From positions 704,001 through 768,000 of the forward strand of contig CAXXTH010000010.1 of NCBI GenBank assembly GCA_963668025.2: DNA of 64,000 nt, in the 5' to 3' direction. Position 1 is the stretch's first letter; each line of letters begins with the position of its first letter. The translations under genes and the position numbers were made by a program. Origin of the DNA: Candidatus Hydrogenedentota bacterium (GTDB lineage Bacteria > Hydrogenedentota > Hydrogenedentia > Hydrogenedentales > SLHB01). The notes under the pieces were generated by a model. The model made no database searches. It saw nothing but the letters and a program-made list of their open reading frames with translations, and was not told where the DNA came from. Positions 29,693 to 39,418 of the stretch are shown one piece after another.

Positions 29693-32338
29693 TTACCCGT
29701 TTCCCTCGGAAACCGCCGATGCGGGATAATCCATCTCGGGCACGGGCGGAGGAGAATATTGCCGTGGCGTGTTGTTTTGAAACGTGCGGTAACTGCGCGC
29801 CGGAATAACTTCCCCATCCGCCATTGGGTAGTCCTGGGTAGAAAAATTCACGACAACGCCGTCGCCGGTCGAGAAAACGGATTCCTGCACCTTCCAATCC
29901 GGCGATACGAACCGGTGCGACACCAGTTCCGCATACCCCACCTTGCGTGTCCACCAATCGAGATACTGGCGCGTGTGGGGGATGCCCGCGCGCCAGTGGC
30001 GGTACGCCTGCTCGTTCAGGAAATACATGGCGGGATTGCCGTAGAGCATGCTCCATAAGTTTTTGTCTTGCCAATATTGCGGCAGGCGGATGAATCCGTC
30101 CTCCCAGCGCCAGGTGCTCATCACCTCGTCATGATGCACGAGCGAATAGAAGGGAATCCGGTACTCTGTGCCGATGGACACTTGATATCCTGGATCGAGG
30201 GTGTCGGGAGGGGTCCAGCCCGGTACGCCGAGGCTTTTCGAGGTCCATTTTACAAGCGACATGGGCGATTCGAGCCAATCAAGCCACGGAAGGAAACAGT
30301 CCATGCTGCCTTCCGTGCCGCAAGCCAGTCCCAGTGATTGCGCATATTGCAGCAACTCCCGCCGCGCTTGCATGCCGCTATAGGTATCGAGGGTGTGCTG
30401 GGGCGACCAGTCTTCCGATTCCCATAGGGCGCACGTGCCGACGCAGTCTAGGAAACGGGCATTGTAGGCGTAACGGGACAAATCTTGTGGGATATGCTGG
30501 CGGGCCAGTTCGAGGCCTTTCACGGGATTGATCACATAGCCCGGCGGCCAGCCATGGCGCAATTCGCCAGTTTCCGTCACCACCACCGACTCGGGATACG
30601 CCTCGGTGTTAATCTGGTGGTAAATCGAGGCCGTTTCGTCCTTCTCGTATGTATCACGATATTGGTCATACCGCGAGATGATGTAGCCCATCTCCCGAAC
30701 GATCTGGACCGCCTGCGCCAGTTCCTCCGCCTGCTTTTCATGGCCGGGCAGCGTGGAATGGTATGGGTAGCCTACCTCGAAGAGAACGCGCTCGAAGCCG
30801 TCCTCTTTCATCATGGCCGCGACATTCCGGACTTCTTCCGGAGATTCGAATACCCAAAACACCGGCGCGCCCACCAGCTTGTCGATATTCGGATTGGCGC
30901 CGCGTTTCTCTTCGAGTGTTTTAACGGGCACGGCCTCTTGGTGATGCCGCCGGTAGGCCTTGGCCAGCGCCACATAGCCGCCTTGATCCGAGAAGGCGAA
31001 CGTCAAGCGGCGGGGAGCGTCGAAACGGAACTTGCTGGCGCGCCAATAGGCTCGTGGCGCGATGATAGCGCCATCCGCGCGGGCGTCCGCCATTTCATAT
31101 CCCGCCAGCTCCGGGTCGTCGTAGATCATCAACATGCCGTGGCCTTGCGCCATATCCACCAGGCCCAGGCAAGCGCAAAACGCACCGTAGCCGTTGTAGA
31201 TGTAGTCTTTCGGCAATTCCAAAAATTTCGGAGAAGAACGCCGGACGGGCGCGAGCAGGCCTTCCGAATGAGGCAAGAGGACATAGGCCTGCTCGCCGTC
31301 CAGTGTAAACACATATGGATAGTTCACTTCGCGCCATTCGCCCTCGAGCTCCGGTTCAAACCGCACATGCAACTCCGGACGCTCGGCATCCAGTTGCACC
31401 ACGAGCTTGAATGCAGCCGGAGCGAGTTTCCCGTCTCGCTGGATGCCTGGAAGCTGGGTGTTCAGTACAAACGTGTTCGTGGCGGGCTCAATCGATTCGA
31501 GCGCCTGCGTGTAAGGCAAGGGGCCGTGTGTGGGCAGTGCGCCATCCACGCCGGGAAGCCATAGCTCCGCGAATGTGGACGCATCACCGAAATTCCAGCC
31601 TCTTGGATAATACTCCTGGCCAAGCCGTTTGCCTGGCGTATCGGCATTATTGATGCCTACGGCAAAGGGTATGGCGCATGGCGCATCCTCTACGCCATCG
31701 AGCGCCTGGATATTGGCCAGCGGCATGGCGAACTGAATGGTATAGCCGCCACCCGTAAGGACGGCATCCGCCTTAATAGGCTGCTTATCCGGTGGATTGC
31801 CATGCCAGTACGCCGCGACCGCAGGCGCTTCCTGTCCGGCTGGCGGCTCGGCAAGCACCAGCGTGAGTTGTTCATTGCCGAACCAGAATTCGATGCTGTC
31901 ACTTTCCCAATAAGACGCCGCGCCGGCCGGCGAGAGCGCCACATGGGAATCGGCCACTTCGGCCCAGGCATAGATTGTGTGGCTGTCTCGCGCCAGGCGC
32001 ACCGCGCCATGAACCGGCGCAGCGCTGGGGCCTTGGTTGAAAACAGCCTCCGAGCCGATGGCGATGGGCGTAGCGCCGCTCCAATCCGCGGTGGGCATTG
32101 CGCCGGGAGCGGCGGCCCATAATGCAGCTCGCACATTCGGGCGCGCGCCGGTGGAATCGGCTTGGTTCCACCATACGCCATTTCGCTTATCACGCACGGA
32201 GATCAAGCCAGTATCGGGATGGAATATAGCCTCAAGCTGGCTGTTTTCCAGTTTGGTTGTTTTTTCAGATGGTTCCGCCATTCCCGGCCCTGGAGCTGCA
32301 AGGAACGCCATGAGCAGAGCAACAGACGCAATAATCAT
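29693..32338 (-). CDS. Secreted glycoside hydrolase (GH129/DUF5696-like) with CBM9-like domain
   Basis: Signal peptide; DSIEFW/GYTIQF CBM9-like region; RFLDC, GTEG and IPFYSLVHHD. Confidence 0.6.
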   Translation of the reverse strand: MIIASVALLMAFLAAPGPGMAEPSEKTTKLENSQLEAIFHPDTGLISVRDKRNGVWWNQADSTGARPNVRAALWAAAPGAMPTADWSGATPIAIGSEAVFNQGPSAAPVHGAVRLARDSHTIYAWAEVADSHVALSPAGAASYWESDSIEFWFGNEQLTLVLAEPPAGQEAPAVAAYWHGNPPDKQPIKADAVLTGGGYTIQFAMPLANIQALDGVEDAPCAIPFAVGINNADTPGKRLGQEYYPRGWNFGDASTFAELWLPGVDGALPTHGPLPYTQALESIEPATNTFVLNTQLPGIQRDGKLAPAAFKLVVQLDAERPELHVRFEPELEGEWREVNYPYVFTLDGEQAYVLLPHSEGLLAPVRRSSPKFLELPKDYIYNGYGAFCACLGLVDMAQGHGMLMIYDDPELAGYEMADARADGAIIAPRAYWRASKFRFDAPRRLTFAFSDQGGYVALAKAYRRHHQEAVPVKTLEEKRGANPNIDKLVGAPVFWVFESPEEVRNVAAMMKEDGFERVLFEVGYPYHSTLPGHEKQAEELAQAVQIVREMGYIISRYDQYRDTYEKDETASIYHQINTEAYPESVVVTETGELRHGWPPGYVINPVKGLELARQHIPQDLSRYAYNARFLDCVGTCALWESEDWSPQHTLDTYSGMQARRELLQYAQSLGLACGTEGSMDCFLPWLDWLESPMSLVKWTSKSLGVPGWTPPDTLDPGYQVSIGTEYRIPFYSLVHHDEVMSTWRWEDGFIRLPQYWQDKNLWSMLYGNPAMYFLNEQAYRHWRAGIPHTRQYLDWWTRKVGYAELVSHRFVSPDWKVQESVFSTGDGVVVNFSTQDYPMADGEVIPARSYRTFQNNTPRQYSPPPVPEMDYPASAVSEGNG

Positions 32339-32342
32339 GGGA

Positions 32343-35300
32343 TTACCTCTTAGCTGCGGATATCCGCACCACGGCCACATCCTCGGGCTCAAGCTCGATG
32401 CGGAAGGATGGCGCGTTCGATGCCCCATCCCATGCGATGTCTGTATTGTTCACAATATCGTGCAAGGCGGCGTCTTTGCTGATCCCGGCGCGATCATCCA
32501 TCGTGATCAATGCGCCCGCGCGTTCTGTTCCTGGATTGAAGACGGTGATATAAGACGTTTCGCCTTCTCCATACCGCTCCAACCAGATCTGGCCGTTGTC
32601 CGATGCAGCCAGCGTCATAGGCCGCCAGCCCGCCTCGGCGACTTCCTTGATAATAGGTATATACTGTGCAAAAACAGGCCGATGCCGAGCCACCACGACG
32701 GGATCGCTCCAATACCACGAGCCATCCGGCGCGGCCTGGTTCGACGGGAACATGCCATAGAAGAGGCACCGCTTCACATAACGCGCTTCTTCCTCCGCAG
32801 AGAGATTGGAATATTGGAGCATGCCATACGGCTTGTTTCCGGTCATGAAATGCACATAATTGAATTTGTCATCCTCCCATGGCTGCCATTTATCTTCACT
32901 CTTCCAGAACAATTCGGTGCCGAGCGCATCTAGATAAGGCGCGACAAACGGCGTGACGGGCGTACAGTTGCCGAACAGAATCAATCCATCCGGGTGCAGT
33001 TTTTGGGCGAGCTGGCGTACGAATGTGGCGTGTGAAAATATCTGGTGCAACGCCGGGCGGCGCGCGCTATCAAAAACCAAAGGCTCCTCCGTGAACGCCC
33101 AATGGCTGCGGCGGTAATTTAAGTTGGCCTCGTAGCACTCGATGGTGTCTAGATACACGCCGTCCATTTTGCAGGGCAACAGCTCGGCCTGCTCAAAGCC
33201 GCCGTTTTTCAGGAGATTTACCGAGCCATCTTTGAGTGTGAGCTTAAAATCATCGAGCCAGAGCGTCGAATTATCCGGCGTCCAGGCAGGTTGGCGGACA
33301 GTAATCAAGACTGCAATAGCAGGCTCTTCCGGCGTGGCCGCCACCGAGAAACTCTTCCACTCTCCAGAAAGCGTATCCAAGGGAAGAGGCGTGGAAGACG
33401 ATTTGCCCGATGCGTAAAAGAACTTGAGACTGCAATTATACAACACGCCTGCTTCCGGCAAATTGACCGCGCGGGCGTCCATGGAAAAGGTCATGGGGCT
33501 GTCCGTGGGTTTTTCCAGATACAGCACTTGCGATATGCCTCGAAGGTATTGCTCGAAGTACGAGCCGCCCTGGATAGGATCCAACCGCAAGGACTGTTTG
33601 CCTTCCGTCTTCTGTTCGGCATCAATGGCCAGGAAGGGATGCGCCGCCGTCCGGATCGCTGTCCAGCCGTCAATGTACCATTGATCTTTTACGGTGCGCG
33701 TCTCATCGATCACCGCGCGGTCCCAGTCCGAGATCGTGTACAAAGCGCCTTCCGGCACGGGCAGCCGCCCATTTGGATTCACGATCATCATGTTCTCATT
33801 TCGTCCGCCTTCTGGACTCCGGAACAAATAGCCATCCGGCTGCCCCCAGGCATTCTCGATGTATGCGCCTTCGTAGGAGGCGCATCGTCGGCGCATATCG
33901 AGCGGCAAGTTCTTCTGCTGGGCAACGCGCTGCGATAATGTGATGGAAGCTTCGGGGAGGGCAGGGCCATGCACTTCGGGGGCATCTACGTTCTCTGGAA
34001 ATTCATGGTGGTGCAGCCAAGGCTCGACATACCGTAGCGAATACATCCCTTCCCGCGCCGTCCATCCCATGTTGCTCACCGCCTCAATAAACTGGTATCC
34101 GAAAGGACGCCAATCGCCAGGAACAGTGGGCGGCGAAATAAAGGCCAGCCAGATGCCTTGCCGCTGCACGCGGCGCTCGAATGCCCAAGGAAAGAGGCGC
34201 TGATACTGTTCCGTCGCGCCACGGAAGCCGTCGCGTGTGTCGTAACGGAAGAGATAAGCCGTGAACGAGCCCCGGTTCGCCCAAGTGCCCGCGTCGGGGC
34301 TCATGCCAATATCAAAGCGGATGCGAAAGGCGCGCGTTTGCGCGTCGTATTCGAGCTGAAAGACCCGGGGTTCATCTAGCGTCGTGGCGATAGCCAAGCC
34401 AGCCCCATTGGCCGTCTCGACGCACGCCAAGGGGTAGCGGCTATTATAGCCATCGCGCCCCGCACCGTATTTGACGCTGTCGCGATAGAGTTTGCCCGCC
34501 TCAATGCGCCGCTGGCCACGGAAATGGTCGTGCCAGACGCCGCCCACGGCATCGAAAGGAATGGTAAAATACGCGCTCAACGCACGGTCTTCCGGAACGA
34601 GGCTCTGCCAGCGGCATTTGACGATCACATGATCCCGTTCGGGTGTGTACTGAACCAAGCCATACAGCTTGGCGTCTTCAGAGCGGAACTCTTGCAGTAC
34701 GGAATTGTCGATATGCTCGAGCGGCTCGGACGGGGCATAACGCCGGTATTGGGCTTGCCGCAATTCCACGTCTTTATACCAGGCCTTTGTAGCGCCGCTA
34801 ATGACAGACAAATCCAGATTAAGCTTTTCCAGGGGCCGGTCTGGGCATACCGCCACGCGGTTGAACTGCGGCCCATGATCGTATTGCCCAAAGACAGCCG
34901 AACGCTCCGGCAGGGCCTCGCCGCCCACATAAACGCCATTGGCGTTCAATGCGAGATGGCGGCTCAGCCATCCAAGGGCCGCGCCTTCCGCATCCGCCTG
35001 GCACCAGCCCGATAAAATCATCGGCTGCGGTTCTGGCTGGTTCAACACCACCGTGCGGGCGGGGCGGGGAGAACCTTCTTCGCCTGAAACGGCCAGCCAT
35101 GTACCTTCCTGGCTGTTAGCGTTCTCAGCAATGGACTCCTCAGGCATGCCCCAGCTCTTGGCAAGTTCGCCATCCAGCAAATTGGGCGCATCGAGATCTT
35201 CGGCCACTTCCTCGAATGAGAGCAGCGGGGCCCCGCCCAGAGGAAAAGCCTGCCCGCCCAGCGTGAGTTCCGTCGCGGAACCGTTCTTGCCATCGAGTGC

Positions 35301-35441
35301 GAGTTCGAGGCCGCCTTCCACTTGGATCGTCATGCGCCCATCCACGTTGCGGATGGGGCATTCCGATTGGGCTTGGCAGAAGACGGGATACAGGAGGGAT
35401 AGAGCGCAGAAAAAGAATGCATATGGAATATCTTTATTCAT
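32343..35441 (-). CDS. Large secreted carbohydrate-active-like protein with CBM-like inserts
   Basis: Signal peptide; NLLKNGGFE CBM4/9-like motif; DGVYLD; C-terminus shared with 35777-37696. Confidence 0.6.
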   Translation of the reverse strand: MNKDIPYAFFFCALSLLYPVFCQAQSECPIRNVDGRMTIQVEGGLELALDGKNGSATELTLGGQAFPLGGAPLLSFEEVAEDLDAPNLLDGELAKSWGMPEESIAENANSQEGTWLAVSGEEGSPRPARTVVLNQPEPQPMILSGWCQADAEGAALGWLSRHLALNANGVYVGGEALPERSAVFGQYDHGPQFNRVAVCPDRPLEKLNLDLSVISGATKAWYKDVELRQAQYRRYAPSEPLEHIDNSVLQEFRSEDAKLYGLVQYTPERDHVIVKCRWQSLVPEDRALSAYFTIPFDAVGGVWHDHFRGQRRIEAGKLYRDSVKYGAGRDGYNSRYPLACVETANGAGLAIATTLDEPRVFQLEYDAQTRAFRIRFDIGMSPDAGTWANRGSFTAYLFRYDTRDGFRGATEQYQRLFPWAFERRVQRQGIWLAFISPPTVPGDWRPFGYQFIEAVSNMGWTAREGMYSLRYVEPWLHHHEFPENVDAPEVHGPALPEASITLSQRVAQQKNLPLDMRRRCASYEGAYIENAWGQPDGYLFRSPEGGRNENMMIVNPNGRLPVPEGALYTISDWDRAVIDETRTVKDQWYIDGWTAIRTAAHPFLAIDAEQKTEGKQSLRLDPIQGGSYFEQYLRGISQVLYLEKPTDSPMTFSMDARAVNLPEAGVLYNCSLKFFYASGKSSSTPLPLDTLSGEWKSFSVAATPEEPAIAVLITVRQPAWTPDNSTLWLDDFKLTLKDGSVNLLKNGGFEQAELLPCKMDGVYLDTIECYEANLNYRRSHWAFTEEPLVFDSARRPALHQIFSHATFVRQLAQKLHPDGLILFGNCTPVTPFVAPYLDALGTELFWKSEDKWQPWEDDKFNYVHFMTGNKPYGMLQYSNLSAEEEARYVKRCLFYGMFPSNQAAPDGSWYWSDPVVVARHRPVFAQYIPIIKEVAEAGWRPMTLAASDNGQIWLERYGEGETSYITVFNPGTERAGALITMDDRAGISKDAALHDIVNNTDIAWDGASNAPSFRIELEPEDVAVVRISAAKR

Positions 35442-35460
35442 GATGGCTATTCCCCTTTAC

Positions 35461-35482
35461 GTAGGGTGGGGTTTGCCCCACC
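35461..35482 (+). repeat. GTAG-type REP
   Basis: GTAGGGTGGGGTTTGCCCCACC; related copies at 26359, 50875 and 55024. Confidence 0.75.
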
Positions 35483-35605
35483 ATTCCAAGCAATCCAAGA
35501 GCCGGTCCACACCCGTAGCTTAAACGAGGTCTATATGGACATATTTTTTCTTGATGTGTTCAAAAAACACTAATCTGCTATGCTGTGCGCTATATTCAAC
35601 TTCAT

Positions 35606-35670
35606 CGTCATCTCCGCGAAAGCGGAGTTCCAGAGGGAACGCACTGGATTCCCGCTTTCGCGGGAATGAC
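35606..35670. repeat. CGTC-type REP doublet
   Basis: CGTCATCTCCGCGAAAGCGGAGTTCCAG...CTGGATTCCCGCTTTCGCGGGAATGAC. Confidence 0.8.
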
Positions 35671-35776
35671 ACTGTGACAGTGTAATGCTTTTATGACTGT
35701 TCTCTTGTATGGCGATTAAGATTCTCTCAGCAATCTTGTCAAATCGTTTAAATCCTGTCTAAAAAATTTTCCTTAA

Positions 35777-37696
35777 TCACTCCACAACCACGACCGCATA
35801 CCCATTCGCGGGAAGCGAAAGCGTGATACGGTTCAAGCTCTTTTTGATGGGCAATCCACTCATCAACTCGGTGAACACTGCTTTCCGGGAAAGGCCAAGC
35901 GCCTTTTTATCGAGCGCGAGCCGTACTTCCCGCGCGCTATCATCGGGATTATGCACCGTGAAGTACAGTCCAGTTTGGACTGTTTTTCCATACCGTTCGA
36001 CTCGCACGTCTTCCGGCTCCGCATGGGCCATCGTCAGCGGCTCCCACCCCGCCTCCGCCACATGCTTCACGAGCGGAATGTACTTCTTGAACAATTCCCG
36101 ATCCCGGTCATAAAAACGCGGGGTGGTCCAATAGGCGGCGCTCACGCCATCGTGGGCGTAAAACATGCTCGGGAAAACGCCATAGAAAAGGCAGCGCTGG
36201 AAATATTGCTCCATATGGCCGCCATTTTCGAAATTATCGTTCATGAGCATGAGATAGGGCTTGCGTCCCGACATGGCACGCAAGAACAAGAAACGCTCTT
36301 CGGCCAAGGGCGTAAATGCTTCTCCCTTGAACCAGGAGAACTCCCGCCCAGGGAAATCGACAAAGGGGGCATAGAACCAATAGCGGAAGAACATATCATT
36401 CGCCATCAGCGTGAGGCCTTTGTCGTGAAGCTGTTCAGATAAGGCCTTCACAAAGGCATAGGTTCCCCACAAATTCAGTAAACACACCTTCTTGGTATCT
36501 GGCGAAAAGGTGAGAGGATACTCGGTGACGCGCCAGTGCTCTTTGCGGTAATTGTGGATTTCGCTCCAGCCTTCAATCGAGTCCACATAAATGCCATCTA
36601 GCCCCGCTGGGGGCTTATCGAGCCATCCCAAGGCTTCCGACAGCCGTTTCATCTCGCATTGGGCACGGTTGGGCCAGCCGGGATAATCGGTGGTAGGGAT
36701 ATTGGGAGCCGGATTGAGGCCAAAGGGCACGGCTTTCGTCCAGGCGATAGGTTCGAGGTAGATCTGGTATTCCCCGTTCTCGATATGGCAGCCGCTGGTG
36801 AGAACGGCCCACGCATAGACATCGCCTTTTTCAGCATCCTCCTTGATTTGGGCCAGCGCATCCGCGTATTGGGCGCGGCCTTCATATTTGTAATTGGTCT
36901 GCCAATGGCTTTGCGGCTCCGTGTAGAGGTAGCTGCCTACCCTGTGGTTCTTGTCTTCCGCAGCCAACTCGACCGCGCCGAGTTCGTGAAAGCCGAATCC
37001 AAAATCCTCGGGATGCTCGATGGGGGCCAGATCCGCGAACGGCAGCCAGATGCCCATGCGCGGGCTGTGGCGCTCGAACACATCCGGGTAGCATGTATGG
37101 TAAATAGCCAGCGCCTGCCGGAACGCCTGTTCGGCTGGGGCTTCAAAGGCCATTACGGCGGCGTCCGCGCACGAGGGGAAATGCTCAGGGATGGTGGACA
37201 AACCGAAATCGAATTCCGCCCGCAGTTGCTGTTCCGCCGGATAATAGGCCAATCGGACGAGCCGGGGCGGCGCAAGGGGAACCGCCAAACAGATCGTGCG
37301 TTTCCCATTCGTCAACACGGCCATGGGGTAGCGCGATGAAGTGCCTGTTACGCCGCAGCCGCGCCCCTCGTAGATGCCGGTGTTATCCACCGGATTGTAG
37401 TACACATCGTCATCTTCGATGATACGGGAATGCTGCGGATCGTCCCACCAGGTCCAGCCTCGCGCATCGAGCGGAATGCAATACGCCAGGGTGACTGCGC
37501 GGTCTTGTGAAGAAGCATCCTTGACGGTGCATGAAGCGGGCCAGAAGCCTTGTTCTTTCGGCGGAACACTTTCCAAGGAGAGCATATGCTCCGCCAGCAC
37601 TTGCTTGTTGGATTCCGCGATAAACGTGGTATCCGCCGCCACATCGCGAACCGCCCAAAAACCTCCCAACATCAGCAACAGATTCATGCCATGCAC
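35777..37696 (-). CDS. Secreted glycoside-hydrolase-like protein, paralog of 32343-35441
   Basis: SRYP, GIWLPF, YTEP, DGIYVDSIE, RCLFYGVFPS and VAEAGWEP shared with the neighbouring gene. Confidence 0.6.
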   Translation of the reverse strand: MHGMNLLLMLGGFWAVRDVAADTTFIAESNKQVLAEHMLSLESVPPKEQGFWPASCTVKDASSQDRAVTLAYCIPLDARGWTWWDDPQHSRIIEDDDVYYNPVDNTGIYEGRGCGVTGTSSRYPMAVLTNGKRTICLAVPLAPPRLVRLAYYPAEQQLRAEFDFGLSTIPEHFPSCADAAVMAFEAPAEQAFRQALAIYHTCYPDVFERHSPRMGIWLPFADLAPIEHPEDFGFGFHELGAVELAAEDKNHRVGSYLYTEPQSHWQTNYKYEGRAQYADALAQIKEDAEKGDVYAWAVLTSGCHIENGEYQIYLEPIAWTKAVPFGLNPAPNIPTTDYPGWPNRAQCEMKRLSEALGWLDKPPAGLDGIYVDSIEGWSEIHNYRKEHWRVTEYPLTFSPDTKKVCLLNLWGTYAFVKALSEQLHDKGLTLMANDMFFRYWFYAPFVDFPGREFSWFKGEAFTPLAEERFLFLRAMSGRKPYLMLMNDNFENGGHMEQYFQRCLFYGVFPSMFYAHDGVSAAYWTTPRFYDRDRELFKKYIPLVKHVAEAGWEPLTMAHAEPEDVRVERYGKTVQTGLYFTVHNPDDSAREVRLALDKKALGLSRKAVFTELMSGLPIKKSLNRITLSLPANGYAVVVVE

Positions 37697-37875
37697 TCCC
37701 GTAAGTTGCCTACGTTTTGTGCATTGTGTCTGACTAGATAGGGGAATGCTTGCCTAATCCTAATGCGCTTGTTTCAGATTATAAGGCGTTGCCGCTGTTT
37801 GCCCATACATTGGCAAGCTCCTCTCAGAACAGTGAAGCAAATCCAATTCAACGCTTTAGATTTTAGTGTATTTAG

Positions 37876-38309
37876 TGCGACCTAAAAACCCACGTCCTTT
37901 GGACGTGGTCATAGGGCCTTTGGCTCAGCCTGTTTAAGCCCATCGGCATCTCCTACACTCGTGTTGTTCCGCAACACCGAAAAGGAGATGCCAATGAGTC
38001 GTTTCCGCAAATCATCATATGCGATATGGTATTGCCAATATCACATGGTATGGGCTCCCAAATATTGCTACCGGGTTTTGACGGGACCGGTGGGCAAGGA
38101 GGTTTACACCTGTATCCAAACGTTATGTGGGCAGCAAGTACGTGAAGTTCCAGGAAGAAACGGAACGTCACGATGAATAGCTAAAAATGAAGTATTGAAC
38201 CAAGCGGCGTTGCGGAACACAACCCACGCTTGCATCCTCTGGGTGCAAGCACTCAGCCACTCTCTGAGTGGCCAAAGCAAAGCCACGTCCTCTGGGCGTG
38301 GTTTTTTAC
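37876..38309 (+). mobile_element. Internally deleted IS200/IS605-family element (non-autonomous)
   Basis: Left hairpin CCACGTCC-TTT-GGACGTGG, right hairpin CCACGTCC-TCT-GGGCGTGG, tnpA N- and C-terminal remnants between them. Confidence 0.8.
37994..38198 (+). pseudogene. tnpA: IS200 Y1 transposase remnant
   Basis: MSRFRK...WYCQYHMVWAPKY joined out of frame to KYVKFQEE; HUH motif missing. Confidence 0.8.
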
Positions 38310-38399
38310 TGTATTTAGTGGTTATAATCCGGATCTTTGGTTGCAGCCATGCGCGCGATGTCATTTGTGTGTTTCGTGGTCTCAAATCCGGCAATGAGC

Positions 38400-39263
38400 T
38401 TAGTCCACCCCTTCCGCACCAGCAGGCATCTCGATATCTTCCGGTGCGATGGTTTTCAGCTCGGTTTCTGGTTCTTCCGGTTTCACTTCAGGGGGTTTGG
38501 CGGCTTCTTCCGGAGTCTGCACAATGAAGACGAACATGCGCGAATCCAGTTCCCGAGAGCCTTCCAGGGCGCCCCAATGGATGGCGTAGACGCCTGGCTC
38601 TAGCGGTGAAAAAAGATGCACTTGCTGCAAGATCGCTTCCGGTTGATCGATGGCCTCCAGCGAAACAGGAAATGCGGCCGTGGGCGTCCAGACATCGAGC
38701 GGCTCCCCTTTGCGTTCACCGGCCTGCTCAATACTCGAAGAAGCAATACGGTGCAGCTCCACATCCTGTTTGGGCATGTTGTAGCACAAGAGCGCCGGAT
38801 TGGTCTCGATGGTCTTCAGCACGCCCGGCTGATCGGATTTAAATTTGGCGGAGCCGTATAGGACGCCTTTATCCTGGGAAATAAACTCCTCACATTCGAC
38901 CGGCTTCGTGCCCAGGTATTGGCCGTCTTTGTACAAATACACTCCCTTGTTCTGGGGAAGACGCCACAGCCGCATCGGATTCACCTGGATGGGTTCGGGG
39001 GAATCGGCTTGGAGTTCGAGGCGGCCCGGCGTGTAGCCCGTCTTCGAGAACAGCAATTCAAGGCGGCCTGGCTCGGTGTAATGAACCGTATATGCGCCTA
39101 GCGCATTGCTCAACGCCTGGTGCTCCGTACCGGCCACTTGCACGACGACGCCCGGCAACGCTTCCTCATTGGTGTTGAAGACTTGGCCCTTGATCACCCG
39201 GCCCGGGCAGCCCGCTAAAACCGCAATGAGCGCCACGGCGGCAAAACACTCCACAATCCGCAC
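38400..39263 (-). CDS. Lipoprotein with carboxypeptidase-regulatory-like domain
   Basis: LAGC lipobox; GQV...EALPGVVV...SNALGAY...FSKTGY. Confidence 0.75.
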   Translation of the reverse strand: MRIVECFAAVALIAVLAGCPGRVIKGQVFNTNEEALPGVVVQVAGTEHQALSNALGAYTVHYTEPGRLELLFSKTGYTPGRLELQADSPEPIQVNPMRLWRLPQNKGVYLYKDGQYLGTKPVECEEFISQDKGVLYGSAKFKSDQPGVLKTIETNPALLCYNMPKQDVELHRIASSSIEQAGERKGEPLDVWTPTAAFPVSLEAIDQPEAILQQVHLFSPLEPGVYAIHWGALEGSRELDSRMFVFIVQTPEEAAKPPEVKPEEPETELKTIAPEDIEMPAGAEGVD

Positions 39264-39418
39264 GAAATAACCTCCTATATATAGAGTCTATGCTTACGCT
39301 TCCGTTTTGTTAATTCATTGATCCGTGAGTCTACATTTTATCGCTATCGGCTTTGAGAAACTAAACGATATTCACCAACATTATAAGAAGTCTTAGTTTC
39401 GATGAAGGAAAATCATTT

